Source of the DNA: an uncultured Chloroflexia bacterium
GTDB lineage: Bacteria > Chloroflexota > Anaerolineae > Anaerolineales > UBA4823
Assembly (NCBI GenBank): GCA_963702535.1
Contig: CAVPDG010000004.1
Location: forward strand, 94,609 to 158,608
Reading direction: 5' to 3'
Length of the DNA: 64,000 nucleotides
The notes below the pieces were generated by a model. The model was given only the letters and a program-made list of their open reading frames with translations, had not been told where the DNA came from and ran no database searches. Both the position numbers and the translations under genes were made by a program. How positions within the stretch are numbered: position 1 is the first letter of the stretch; the number at the start of each line of letters is the position of its first letter. Positions 19,975-33,177 of the stretch are shown here, in pieces.

Positions 19975-20868
19975 TTAGCCAGTCGCTTGCAGCGGGTTCA
20001 GTGCTCCGCTGCCTTCAACTGTCACAATGGTAATCCGCTCGTTAACCCTTACCGAGTCCACTGCGTAGGTTGTCCCTTCCAGCCACTTCTCCACTTCTGC
20101 GGTTGCCATTCGATTCTCATTGGCGCTGACCACAGCCTGGTAAGAAGTCAGGCTAAGTGGGATGACCACCAGCAGCGTCCCGGCGATGAACAACGCAAAG
20201 CCCCTCTGGCGTGTGCGGGCGCCTCCCTCGCTCGCGCCAAATTTCCCCAATCCCACCACCGCCAGCACGATCCCGCCCGCCAGCAGGATAGCCAGGTAGT
20301 TGGTCGCAAACAGCAGCATTGCCCCGCCGGCGGCGTCCAGTTGACCATGCTGCAGCGCTATTCCCACCACGCACAGCGGCGGTACCAGCGAGATGGCGAT
20401 CGCTACCCCGCCCATCGAGTTGGCGATTTCCGCGCGTGAGATGATGAATGCTCCCGCTGCCCCTGCTCCCAGCGCCGTGAGCAGCGCGTACAGCCCGGGG
20501 TTGATGCGCGATGCAATCTCCGGATTGCTCGTGAACGAGATCGTCACGTCAGGCACGATCCACGACAGGAGGAAGGATGCGCTGATGACTGCCGCGATCC
20601 CCGCCAGCGTCAGCCCAAAAGCCTGCAGCGCCCGCCGTGAAGACCCCATCACAACCGCGGCCGTGGTCGCCATGATGGGTCCCATCAATGGCGCCACGAT
20701 CATCGCCCCGATAACGGTCGCCGTAGATCCCGAAAGCACTCCATAAGTCGCAATCAGCGTCGCGAACAAGAGCAGGGCGAAAAAATTCGTCAGCCGGCGC
20801 CTCGTCTCCGGTCCTTCCACGAACATCTTGTTCTCGAACAGTAGCCAGGTAATCTGGGTCAAACCCAA
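19975..20868 (-). CDS. DUF389-type hydrophobic membrane protein
   Basis: 297 aa with many TM helices. The motif VIGAMIVAPLMGPIMATTAAVVMG is typical of the DUF389/TIGR00341 family as I remember it. The start codon choice is uncertain. Confidence 0.65.
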   Translation of the reverse strand: MGLTQITWLLFENKMFVEGPETRRRLTNFFALLLFATLIATYGVLSGSTATVIGAMIVAPLMGPIMATTAAVVMGSSRRALQAFGLTLAGIAAVISASFLLSWIVPDVTISFTSNPEIASRINPGLYALLTALGAGAAGAFIISRAEIANSMGGVAIAISLVPPLCVVGIALQHGQLDAAGGAMLLFATNYLAILLAGGIVLAVVGLGKFGASEGGARTRQRGFALFIAGTLLVVIPLSLTSYQAVVSANENRMATAEVEKWLEGTTYAVDSVRVNERITIVTVEGSGALNPLQATG

Positions 20869-20994
20869 TTTTTGTAAACGGTTTGGGTAAGCTGGTGGTT
20901 GTCATGTTTCTTCCAATTCTCCCGAAGGGGCGAGCCTGTGTGCTCGCCCACCATTGTGCTCGCATGGCGCGAAAAATGGGCTTGATTAACCCAA

Positions 20995-21031
20995 AAGAGG
21001 ATCATTGACTCGCGTCAAAAATGATCCTCTT
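20995..21031 (-). terminator. Hairpin downstream of the SHOCT gene
   Basis: 12-bp stem AAGAGGATCATT / AATGATCCTCTT with a 13-nt loop. On the minus strand it is followed by TTGGGTT. Confidence 0.4.
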
Positions 21032-21127
21032 CCTGTGAACTGGTTCGCTTGCCTGCCATTCCCTGAGAGACCACTGCAAGCAGAATAGCCTTCTGGGCTT
21101 CAAATCCTTATCTGGCAATGCTGTGGT

Positions 21128-21478
21128 TTAGATGCCCAGGATCTGCGCCTTCTTTGCGTTGAACTCCTCTTCGGTGATCAAGCCCTGGTCTTTCATTGCG
21201 GCGAGTTTTTGAATTTGCACCAGTTGTTCGTCGAAACTGTTCGAGGCTGGTCCTGCAGCCGCCTGCCCAGCCGTCTGTTGCGCCAGGGCTTGCTGCTGCG
21301 CTGCCAGTTCTGCTTGTCCCGCCTGCAAGTCAGCCATTTGCTGTTGTTGGGCAGCCTGTTGCTGCGCCGCGGCTTGCTGCTGTGAAGCTTTCTTGCTTGC
21401 ACTGCTTGAGGCTACGTAAGCTGTGGTTCCAACCACAGCGGTTGTCATTAATAAGCCCGGTCCACGTCGTCTTCTCAT
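21128..21478 (-). CDS. SHOCT-domain protein with a Gln/Ala-rich region
   Basis: 116 aa. N-terminal hydrophobic segment, then a low-complexity stretch QQQAAAQQQAAQQQQ. The C-terminal LVQIQKLAAMKDQGLITEEEFNAKKAQILGI matches the SHOCT pattern. Confidence 0.7.
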   Translation of the reverse strand: MRRRRGPGLLMTTAVVGTTAYVASSSASKKASQQQAAAQQQAAQQQQMADLQAGQAELAAQQQALAQQTAGQAAAGPASNSFDEQLVQIQKLAAMKDQGLITEEEFNAKKAQILGI

Positions 21479-21549
21479 AATACTATCCTCCTGCGATTTT
21501 TCTGGTTGTCTATTTAGTTCAAAAACTTGTTTATACCTGTTTTCTTACC

Positions 21550-21975
21550 TTACTCTGCAGCCAGTCTATTCTTGAACTGCTCTATTACGTCGTCGGGAAT
21601 CTGCCCGCGCTCTGCCAATATCCCGCCCGAAGCAAGGATCGCGTTACGGATATTGTCCATCCAGACGTTCTCCCACAAGAAAAGAGCTGCTGAGCTGTTC
21701 TCGGGCATGTCGTTGGCTGCCCATGTCAGGTCATCTTCTGTGAATAGACTTTCGATCTGTTCACCGAGCGGGACAAAGAGGCGGTACGACTCGGCATCCA
21801 GATCGTTCAACTCTATCGTTCGGGTGCTGCCGTCGGCGTCTTTCCGGATGAAAACGAGATCCACGTAGCGGACAATGCCTTTCTCCGCCAAATCCAGGAG
21901 CGCCGGGACGATCTCGCCCGAGAACTGGTTGCCTGGAAACACAACCAGAGCGTACTCTAATGGAAAATCAAGCAT
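21550..21975 (-). CDS. Conserved hypothetical protein (DUF6325-like, recalled not verified)
   Basis: 141 aa. LEYALVVFPGNQFSGEIVPALLDLAEKGIVRYVDLVFIRKDADGS resembles a family that commonly pairs with SHOCT proteins. Confidence 0.5.
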   Translation of the reverse strand: MLDFPLEYALVVFPGNQFSGEIVPALLDLAEKGIVRYVDLVFIRKDADGSTRTIELNDLDAESYRLFVPLGEQIESLFTEDDLTWAANDMPENSSAALFLWENVWMDNIRNAILASGGILAERGQIPDDVIEQFKNRLAAE

Positions 21976-22141
21976 GCTATTTCTCCTTTGTTGAAAAATC
22001 CCTGCTAAATACCTGATGGGGGGCTGTCTTGTTGCTTAGCCAAGACCGTTTGAATTGTATCATCATTCATCGCGGAAATGAAAACCGAGCCGGCAAACTC
22101 TCGCCCGCCGGCTCGGGTTGTTCATTAACTGGGAGGAAAGC

Positions 22142-24887
<2,746 letters not shown>

Positions 24888-25143
24888 TATCCCTCCAGAG
24901 GTTGGGCTTTTTAGTGGTAAGTTTCACAAGCCCAACTTGTGAGTATACCGCGTAACTCTAAAAAGGCGTATGACCTTTGTAATGGGTGCGCCCATGCAAG
25001 CTGTCACACACTATCTCCTGGCACTGTGTTATGGCTCTTTGGGAATCATCATGTTAAATCCCGACGACCCTGAGTTATTATCTATATTAGGTCTAAATGA
25101 TATAATTGCTCCACATTGGTTCTTGGTTCAATGGGAGGTGGAG

Positions 25144-28100
25144 ATGAAAACCGCAAGAAGAATCATGCTTTTAGCCATTTGTGCCATATTCGGCCTCTGC
25201 GTTACCCTGGGCCTCCTGGGTTGGGCGGGCGGCCAATTCCGTGCTAGGGCCGCCGCCCCGGAATCCCAGTCCTACGCTGGGATTATTGATTTTAACCCTC
25301 CTGCAAGCTCCCTTGCTCTGTCTGAAATCCTCCTCATGCCCGCCCCCGGCATTCCTTCCTCCGGTCCAGCCATAGACCGCGGCGACCCAACGCCCCTCAC
25401 GCTCCCGGAAACCCATTCTCTTCCGGTCGTTGCTGAAGTACCCCTCGCGCCTGCTGCCCCTGGCAGCATCTTTACCGTGGTCACTACCAACAACAGCGGG
25501 GCAGGCAGCCTGCGTGATGCTGTTACCCAGGCCAATGCCGCCGCCGGCCCCGATGAAATCCGCTTTAGCCTCTCTGGCTGTCCATGCGTCATCACCCTGC
25601 TCTCCGAGCTGGCCACCAATGGCGAGCTCACTGTCACTGGTCCAGGCGTAAACCAGCTCACCCTTAACGGCAACAACACGAACCGCATCTTTTCCACAAC
25701 CCCTGGCAATCCCCTCCGCCTCAGCGGATTGACCCTTGCGAATGGCTTCAACGCTACCCAGGGAGGCGCAATCGCCTCTGGTAACCTCACCTTGCAGGAT
25801 CTCACCCTCAAGGATAGCTCTGCCCCTGTCGGCGGCGGTGTATATGTCAACGGCTCGTTGGTTATGACGAATACCCTGATTCAGAACAACACCGCCTCCA
25901 CATCCAGCGGCGGGGGTGTCTATGTCGCTGGCGCCCTCTCTGCCAGCGCAGCCACGTTCCGTAACAATACCGCCTATGCAGACGGCGGCGGCGCCTATGT
26001 TAACGGCAATGTCGCCTTAACAGGCGGTAGCTTTGAGAACAATCGCACCACCGAGGTAAAAACCTACGGTGGAGGCGGTGGGCTGATTGCCCTGAGTGTC
26101 TCTTCCATGTCCGCTACGCAGTTCACGAACAATACTACGCCTGCCTGGGGTGGCGGTGCCTACCTTGCGAACTTCACCGCCAGCACCACTAACCGCCTCA
26201 CCAACCTCATTTTCACGCACAACAACGCTTCGTATGGCGGGGGTGGGCTCTTCCAATGGTTCAATGCCGTCATCACCTCCACCCAGTTCATCAACAACCA
26301 GTCCGGCACTCTGGGCGGCGGCCTGTATGCCGGTTATGCCGGTTCGCACAGCATCCGCCTGAACGGCGGCCTTATCCAGGGTAACTCGGCCCCCAATGGC
26401 GGCGGCTTGTATTCTGACAGCAGCTTTACCCTCCAGAACACTTCTGTCTACTCCAACACGGCTACCAATGGGCGCGGTGGCGGGGCTTTATCCATTGCCA
26501 GCGTCTCGGTGGCGAATAGCACCTTTGCCTATAATACCGTTACCACCGGCGGCAACGGCGGCGGATTGGTTGCCGAGGTCGGCGCTGCCATCACTGATAC
26601 GCTTTTTCTCCGTAACCGTGTCCTCGCCAGCGGCAGCGGCGGCGGGCTGGTGGTCGGTACCAACCAGAACGGCGGCACCGCCAACCTTCTCCGTCTCACC
26701 TTCGACCAGAATTCTTCCAGCCAGGGCTATGGCGGCGGGCTGCTCTCCTACGGCGCTACTCGCCTGGCGGATAGCACTTTCACATCCAACACTTCCTGGA
26801 ATGACGGCGGCGGCGCCTGGGTGCGCGGTCCGCTTACCCTGACTGGTGGTCTCTTCCAGGGTAATCAGACCCTGCTCAACGAGGGCAACGGCGGCGGGGG
26901 CGGCTTGATGAGCATGGGGTATGCCAGTATATCCGCGACGCGCTTCCTCTCCAATACCACCGCCGACTGGGGCGGCGGCGCCTATATCTACTACATCTCC
27001 GGCATGTCCCCCGAATGAGCTATCCGCAACCAGGCTGCTGATGACGGCGGCGGTATCCTCTCCTACGGCACGGCTACGATTAACGCCACCGGTTTCTTCT
27101 CCAATACCACCGGCGACCTGGGTGGCGGGGTTGGCGTCAATTACCTGGTCGGGCGCGATAACCGCTTTCAGGGAAATACAGCCGGGGGCGGTGGGGGTGG
27201 TATCTTTGCCAATATCAGCCTCAACCTCCAGGGCGCTGCCCTGCAGGGCAACCACACGACCAACTCAGGCGGTGGTATCCTTGCCCCCCAGACGACAATC
27301 CTGAGGACTTCATTCAGGGAGAACTCAGCGGGCAGCCGCGGCGGCGGTTTGTTCCTTAACGGTGGCACCAGCTCCCTCGATCGGCTATCCTTCATCAACA
27401 ATCAGGCTGCCGCTGGCGGTGGCATCTCTGTCGAAGCAGGCTCCAGCGGCACGCTGGTCAATACCCTGCTTGCGGGGAACACCGCCTTGGGTGGTTCCGG
27501 CGCTGCCCTCTACCTGAGCACCAGCGGCACCTTTACAATCCGTCATGCCACCATCGCCAGTCCCACCCTGAGCTCCGCCTCGGCGCTTTACCTGAATGAT
27601 GGCATCCTCACCGCTGAGAATACCATCCTTGCCCGGCACAATACCGGTCTGGTGCGTGTCGGTGGTAGCGCCCTGCTCCAGAACCCGCTCTTCTACGCCA
27701 ACAACACGAATACACTCGGCTCCGCAATTACCGTCAATGGGGCTGTGAGTGGTGATCCCGCCTTCTTCAACCCGCCTGCGGGCGATTACCACCTCGCCGT
27801 CGGTTCCCAGGCCTTTAATGCTGGTCTCAATGTCGGCGTAACCACCGATTTCGATGGCGACGCTCGCCCGCAAGGTGGGCAGCCAGATATTGGCTACGAT
27901 GAGGCCGTCACACCTTCCGGGGTGAACTTCACCCACAATGCCCCGCATCCAGCCGGTCAGCCTGTGACCTTTATATCCTCTGCTACCTTTGGGCAGGGTG
28001 TCTCCTTCAGCTGGAATTTTGGCGATGGAGGCGTCGCCCAGGGTCAGACCGTCACCCATACCTATGCCCAGCCCGGTATTTATCAGGTCACCCTCACCGC

Positions 28101-28185
28101 AGCCAACGCTGCTGGTCTGAACCTGGCAAACAAGAACGTCACCATCACAAACTTCGAAACCTATCTGCCCATACTCGTGCGTTGA
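25144..28185 (+). pseudogene. Large secreted beta-helix repeat protein (Pmp-like GGG repeats) with a C-terminal PKD domain; in-frame TGA
   Basis: GGGAGGTGG lies 4 nt before the ATG at 25144. Signal/anchor MKTARRIMLLAICAIFGLCVTLGLLGWAGG. There are more than 20 repeats of the ...hxxN.x...GGGhy type, then DPAFFNPPAGDYHLAVGSQAFNAG...DFDGDARPQGGQPDIGYDE. The PKD-like domain is PVTFISSATFGQGVSFSWNFGDGGVAQGQTVTHTYAQPGIYQVTLTAANAAG. Frame 1 is continuous except for TGA at 27016-27018. Confidence 0.75.
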
Positions 28186-28196
28186 TGAAGGGTTAA

Positions 28197-28236
28197 AAAG
28201 CAAGATCGCCCACATTCCTCTGGGCGGTCTTGCTTT
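28197..28236 (+). terminator. Hairpin after the beta-helix protein gene
   Basis: Stem of about 16 bp, AAAGCAAGATCGCCCA / TGGGCGGTCTTGCTTT, with one G-U pair and an 8-nt loop. It ends in TTT. Confidence 0.5.
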
Positions 28237-28273
28237 CAAGGCTGCGAATTGCTCCTTCAGGATTTCGCAGATA

Positions 28274-28821
28274 TCAGGCCGCCTCCATCAGGCTCGCCAG
28301 TTTTGTGGTCGTGTTCCAGTTGCGGATCGTCATGCTCTGGTAGATAGGCATCCCGATGATGCGTGTCAGGCGGCTTTGAGATGCCCGGCTGATCAGCCGG
28401 GAAAAATAGAGCACCCCTTCCCCACCGAAAGCCTGGTCGACGCCTTCTCTCGTCGTGATGCTTTTCATCGCCTCGCTGGAGGTCAGCGGCTTTTCAAGAA
28501 AATGACATCGTAGCGGTACGTGTCCGGTTCGCTTCCGAAGCCGGGCGGCGCCTGGTTGACGGTGGTTTTCATCTCCTCATACGAACGCACCACGACGGTC
28601 GAATTCATAGTGGAAGGCTGCTGAGAGAGCCTCTTCGAGCCGGCTTTCCAGGCTCACCTGGTCTGCTTCGCCTGTGCGGAAGAGCACATTGCCGCTCTGG
28701 ATATAGGTTTCCACATTCTCCAGACCCAGCGACTCGACGCACGCTTTCAAGTCGGTCATCTTGATGATGTTTTTGCCGCCGACATTGATGCCGCGCAGCA
28801 AGGCAACAGTATACGGGTCAT
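28274..28821 (-). pseudogene. DUF1697-family protein, fragmented by frameshifts
   Basis: Pieces: ...ALLRGINVGGKNIIKMTDLKACVESLGLENVETYIQSGNVLF... (28577..28801), ...YEEMKTTVNQAPPGFGSEPDTYRYDVIFL... (unlisted frame), and MKSITTREGVDQAFGGEGVLYFSRLISRASQSRLTRIIGMPIYQSMTIRNWNTTTKLASL (28274..28468). The ATG at 28821 is out of frame with the first piece. Confidence 0.65.
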
Positions 28822-28828
28822 GCAGGTC

Positions 28829-30067
28829 TCAATTCCTGAGGATAAGCTCCCTCAGTTCCGGGGGCTCGCTCTGCCGCACCACCAGCTCCGGCGTCCCGTG
28901 CCAGGTTGCCAGGCGGTGCAGCGCGCCTGCCAGGTCTGCCGCCAGCTCCTCGCTGGGGGCGATGTCCGCCTCCAGGTGCAGCGCCTTGACCTCGAAGACG
29001 CCCTGCGCCCGGTGCGCCTTGGGATCCAGCCTGCCGATAATCCGCCCTCGCTGCAAGATCGGCAGGGTGAAATAGCCGTAGCGGCGCTTGCTCGCCGGCG
29101 TGTAACACTCGATAGTGTAGTCGAAATTGAACAGCTCCCGCGCTCGTTGCCTGTCCCACACCAGCGGGTCGAAAGGCGAGAGCAGCGTGGTCAGCGTCGG
29201 TTCGTCGTTTCCGGATGTCGCTTCTTCGAGCAGGTTGCTCTGCCCGGCATGTACATACGCCGGATCCTCAAATCCCTCCACCCATACTCGTAGGAGCATG
29301 CCCTCAGCCGCCAGCGCTTCTAGTTGTTGGCTTATCCCCTTCTTCAGTTGGCGGAAATAGTCGGGCGCCCATTCTGCCAGTGTGATCCCTAACGCCTGCA
29401 CCGTCTTCAGGGTCAGCGTGCGGCGCATCTCCTCGCTGGAGGGCGTGTTGGCGTCATCCCAGCCTGGCAGGACGCGCTCACGCAAATCGTAAACGCGCTG
29501 GAAGTTCTGGCGACGGGCGATCATCACTTCGCCTGTCGTGAGCAGCGCCTCCAGAGCGCTCTTCTCTTCCTTCCAGTTCCACCAGCCGCCTGGTGGGTGG
29601 TTCTTGCTTTCGAATTCGATCGATCGCACCGCCCCGTTCTCTCGCAGGTGACTGCGCACCCGTTCCACCACCTCCGGGTTGTCTCTTATCCAGTCCATTT
29701 CCCATCTCGCTAGTCTACCGTGCTCTTGCATGGCATCCAGCATGCGCCGCCGGTGCAGCGGGTAATCCTCGATGGGCAGGAAGCACATTGCATGCGCCCA
29801 GTATTCGAACAACGCCCCCTCCGCCAGTAGCTCGTCCAGCCATTCGGGCGGGTAATCCCCCAGCCGGCTCCACAGCGCCAGGTATGGGCTGCGGTTCACC
29901 ACGTGGATGGTGTCGATCTGCAGCTCGCCCATGCGCCGGATTGCCTCGCGCACATCGGCTTTGGTCGCCGGCCGCTCCGGCGGGCGGTCCAGGCGTTGCG
30001 CCTTCAGCATCACCTGGCGAGCAGCCTGGATGGATATTTTTTCTGGTGGTACCCGGGATTTCTTCAA
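28829..30067 (-). CDS. Winged-helix DNA glycosylase of the YcaQ/AlkZ family (interstrand-crosslink repair)
   Basis: 412 aa, intact. N-terminal ...AIRRMGELQIDTIHVVNRSPYLALWSRLGDY.... It contains the Q-hydrophobic-D signature (QID) described for YcaQ-type enzymes. ALFEYWAHAMCFLP matches the family pattern. Confidence 0.72.
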   Translation of the reverse strand: MKKSRVPPEKISIQAARQVMLKAQRLDRPPERPATKADVREAIRRMGELQIDTIHVVNRSPYLALWSRLGDYPPEWLDELLAEGALFEYWAHAMCFLPIEDYPLHRRRMLDAMQEHGRLARWEMDWIRDNPEVVERVRSHLRENGAVRSIEFESKNHPPGGWWNWKEEKSALEALLTTGEVMIARRQNFQRVYDLRERVLPGWDDANTPSSEEMRRTLTLKTVQALGITLAEWAPDYFRQLKKGISQQLEALAAEGMLLRVWVEGFEDPAYVHAGQSNLLEEATSGNDEPTLTTLLSPFDPLVWDRQRARELFNFDYTIECYTPASKRRYGYFTLPILQRGRIIGRLDPKAHRAQGVFEVKALHLEADIAPSEELAADLAGALHRLATWHGTPELVVRQSEPPELRELILRN

Positions 30068-30169
30068 GCGTGAAACTCTGCCCCTTGTCGGTTAAATGTT
30101 CATTCGCAAGCAATTCGCGTGTGATCTGTTTTGCTTGTCGCAATAAGTGCTATCACGCTGGTCAGCAGC

Positions 30170-31534
30170 TTAATTCCCTGGAGGTATGTTCTGGTTCAAG
30201 CGGAACAGGTTTTCCGGGTCGTAGCGACGCTTGACCGATCTGATCCGTTCCCAGGCGGGTCCCGGGTAAGCCGCGCGCACGCGTTCCTCGCCTTCGTCGC
30301 CCAGGAAACCGGTGTATGCCCCCCGGTCCCCTTGCTGTAATGCGCTGGCAAAGCCGGCTACCCACGCCTGGCGCAGGGCAAGGTCCTCGGCGCTGGTGTA
30401 GAACGCCGCCAGGTTAGCCATAATCCGGCTCTGGCGATGGGCAAAGGCGGTCGCGTCACCGGCTACCCGTTGCATTGCCCCACCCAGCACGCGGAGCTGT
30501 GCCACGCGCATAGGCGCATCCGAATCCTGCAGGTATTCCAGCATGGTTTGCGCCTCAGCTTTGCCTATCCGCTCCAGGAACATGGTATGCCCCACTGCCG
30601 TCGGGTGGTATTCGCCATCCTCAGGCGGGTACATCTCCGGATAGCGCATGGGTCGCAGCATGTCCGCAAGCGGCTGCGCCAGCTTGCGGAATGGCGCCAC
30701 TGCCTGCGCGCCGCTCTCGGTATCCCCGGCATAAACCAGCATGGCGATGATGATAAGCTTTCCGTGCAGCTCGGCTGGCACGAATGGCATGGGAGGCGCT
30801 GGCATCACGTTGGCAATGGTCGATAGCTCCTCAGGCGCCTCGTGCGCTGCGGCGATGAATCCCGCGATGACCTCTGGCGTGGCTGGCAAGAATAACATCC
30901 CACCCAGGATTGTTTGCATGGGGTGCAGCCGGAACTGGAAGCGGGTCGCCACCCCGAAGTTGCCGCCGCCCCCGCGCAACGCCCAGAACAGGTCGGGGTG
31001 ATTTTCGTGATCGGTGTGCAGAAGCTGCCCGTCGGCGGTCGCCACTTCAGCAGCCAGCAGATTGTCGATGGTCAGCCCGTACTTGCGCACCAGGTACCCC
31101 ACCCCGCCGCTCAGCGTGATGCCTCCGATGCCTACCGATGCGGTGTCGCCAAATGGGGTCGCCAGGCTGTAAGCGTCTGCCGCGCTCGTGTACTCGCCGG
31201 CTGTCAATCCCGTCTCTGCCCAGGCAACGCGCCTCTCCGCATCGATTTGCAGTTTCTTCATGCCGCTCAGGTCCAGTACGATCCCGCCCTCGCACACGCT
31301 GTGCCCGGCTGGGCTGTGACCTCCGCTGCGCACGGCGAACGGCAGCTCGCTTTGGCGCGCCAGCGCGATGGTTTGCAAGACGTCCTTTGCATCTGCCGCG
31401 CGCACGATGATTGCCGGGCGACGGTCGACCCCGCCGTAGAAGACGCTGCGCCTCTTATCGTACTCGCTGTCCTCCGGCGTGATCACCTGCCCTTTAATCA
31501 ACTCTTGTAAGTTTGTATTGGCTAAGCTCTTCAT
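30170..31534 (-). CDS. FAD-linked oxidase with a berberine-bridge-enzyme-like C-terminus
   Basis: FAVRSGGHSPAGHS (FAD-binding PCMH type with the His used for covalent flavin). C-terminal RRYDPENLFRLNQNI. The start MKSLANT at 31534 is preceded by GGGAGG, while the track ORF starts 15 nt earlier. Confidence 0.85.
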   Translation of the reverse strand: MKSLANTNLQELIKGQVITPEDSEYDKRRSVFYGGVDRRPAIIVRAADAKDVLQTIALARQSELPFAVRSGGHSPAGHSVCEGGIVLDLSGMKKLQIDAERRVAWAETGLTAGEYTSAADAYSLATPFGDTASVGIGGITLSGGVGYLVRKYGLTIDNLLAAEVATADGQLLHTDHENHPDLFWALRGGGGNFGVATRFQFRLHPMQTILGGMLFLPATPEVIAGFIAAAHEAPEELSTIANVMPAPPMPFVPAELHGKLIIIAMLVYAGDTESGAQAVAPFRKLAQPLADMLRPMRYPEMYPPEDGEYHPTAVGHTMFLERIGKAEAQTMLEYLQDSDAPMRVAQLRVLGGAMQRVAGDATAFAHRQSRIMANLAAFYTSAEDLALRQAWVAGFASALQQGDRGAYTGFLGDEGEERVRAAYPGPAWERIRSVKRRYDPENLFRLNQNIPPGN

Positions 31535-31598
31535 CTCAGTTCCTCCCATTGAGGCTTGTCCGCAACCCTCGCTCGCCGGTCTGATGGGTCATCTGGGA

Positions 31599-32897
31599 TC
31601 AATCCCCCGGCTGCTGCGAGGTGGTGCGCAGCCATTCATGCTCCACAGGCGTCGCAGCGGGCACGGAGGGTGGGAGCTGGCGGTGGAAGAAAATCCATAC
31701 CCCCGGGATCGCCATCAACCCGCTGGAAACGATCAGCAGTGTTTCGATGGGTACTACATCGGCAAGCGGTCCGAAGACCAGCATACCCAGCGGCATCACT
31801 GTGTTCATAATTAAGCCCTGCACCCCGAACACCCGCCCTTGCAGATCTGGCTCTACGATTTCTTGCAGCAGCGTGGTGGTGGATGCGCCAAAGAAGGGCA
31901 TCGGTAGTCCTGCCAGCGTCATGAAGACCAGGTAGACGATGAAATTCTGCGATAAACCCAGGGCGACGAACAGGATCGCCCACAGGATGCAGCTCAGCCC
32001 GATCGTGCGGAACCGGTTCTTGAACCCTCCCCAGGCGGTCATGATAAACCCACCCACGATCGAGCCGGCAAAGAAAGTCACCTCGTTGGCGGTCAGCCGC
32101 CACACCTCGTCGCCATAGGAGCGCGTCACCAGCAGCGGCGTCAGGAAAGCTACCGGAGCCACCAAGAAGAAGACGAAGGCAAAGAAGAGCAGCAGGTTCT
32201 TGATCTCCCGGTGCTGCCCGATATAGCTCAATCCCGCCTTGAGATCATCCATGTACCCGCTCGGCTGCTCGGCTGTCGCTTTTTGGTGCGGCGGCACTTT
32301 GAGCGCCAGCAGCAAGCCCACTGCCAGCAGGGCAGTGACCACGTCGATGAAGAAAATGGCTTCTAGCCGGGAAATGGAGAGCAAAGCGCCGCTCAGCACC
32401 GGCGTTACGATCATGATGAAGGGCTGGATCGTGCCGTTGATGCTGTTCACTTTGATCAATCGCTCTGTGGGTACGATCTGCGGCAGCATGGCATTGACCG
32501 CTGGTCCCTGGATGCCCGCGCCGATCGAACGAATTGCGGATACCAGGATGATCAGCCACAGCTCGCTGTAGCCCATCAGGAAGAATACCGCCAGTACCAG
32601 GGTGCTGGCAGCGGTGAGCAGATCGGAGGCGATGATCAGGAATTTGCGCGGGTAGCGGTCTGCCCACACCCCGGCGAAGAGCGAGATGGCGATCTGTGGC
32701 AAAAAACCCGCGATGGTGGCAACCGTCAGGATCGCCCCGGATTGCGTGACCAGGGTGATGTGCCAGATAATGGCATATTGCACCAGCATCGACCCGAATA
32801 GCGACAGGCTCTGGCTGGAAAGAAATATTGCGGTCTTTTTCTTCCAGTTTGCGAATTCTTCTGGTTCGCTGGAAAGGCTACCGGTAATCTCTTGCAT
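31599..32897 (-). CDS. MFS transporter (EntS/macrolide-efflux-like)
   Basis: About 12 predicted TM helices. LSLFGSMLVQYAIIWHITL, FAGVWADRYPRK. The likely start MQEITG at 32897 has AAGGAG 8 nt upstream. Confidence 0.85.
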   Translation of the reverse strand: MQEITGSLSSEPEEFANWKKKTAIFLSSQSLSLFGSMLVQYAIIWHITLVTQSGAILTVATIAGFLPQIAISLFAGVWADRYPRKFLIIASDLLTAASTLVLAVFFLMGYSELWLIILVSAIRSIGAGIQGPAVNAMLPQIVPTERLIKVNSINGTIQPFIMIVTPVLSGALLSISRLEAIFFIDVVTALLAVGLLLALKVPPHQKATAEQPSGYMDDLKAGLSYIGQHREIKNLLLFFAFVFFLVAPVAFLTPLLVTRSYGDEVWRLTANEVTFFAGSIVGGFIMTAWGGFKNRFRTIGLSCILWAILFVALGLSQNFIVYLVFMTLAGLPMPFFGASTTTLLQEIVEPDLQGRVFGVQGLIMNTVMPLGMLVFGPLADVVPIETLLIVSSGLMAIPGVWIFFHRQLPPSVPAATPVEHEWLRTTSQQPGD

Positions 32898-33177
32898 CGT
32901 GAAATCTCCTTGCAGGATGCGACCCGCTCCTGGCGCATCTCTTTCTTCCATTGCTGAAGGTATAGCGAAATTAATCCTATATAGGTGAAATTAGTACAAA
33001 TGTTCGAGTAATATACCCTTGCCGTGGCAATACGTCAAGGGCGATATCTTCTCTCTATGGGAAATCCCATTCATCTCCCGGCTTATATTAGAATAAAAAC
33101 GATATATTTTATCTTATTTTACCCTGGAAAGCGATCTTTTATTGCCATTGGCTTGTGGATGAGTGTTTGCTCTTTGC

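Noticed and set aside
24970-25143. Upstream 58 codons of the 682-aa track ORF as part of the surface protein
   Set aside because: A strong GGGAGGTGG ribosome-binding site immediately precedes the internal ATG at 25144. That ATG begins a classic signal/anchor sequence, and the upstream part lies in AT-richer, non-coding-looking DNA.
27016-27018. TGA recoding (selenocysteine or Trp) in the beta-helix protein
   Set aside because: TGA is used as an ordinary stop for many genes in the window. I could see no SECIS-like hairpin immediately downstream. The position is not a redox-type Cys context.
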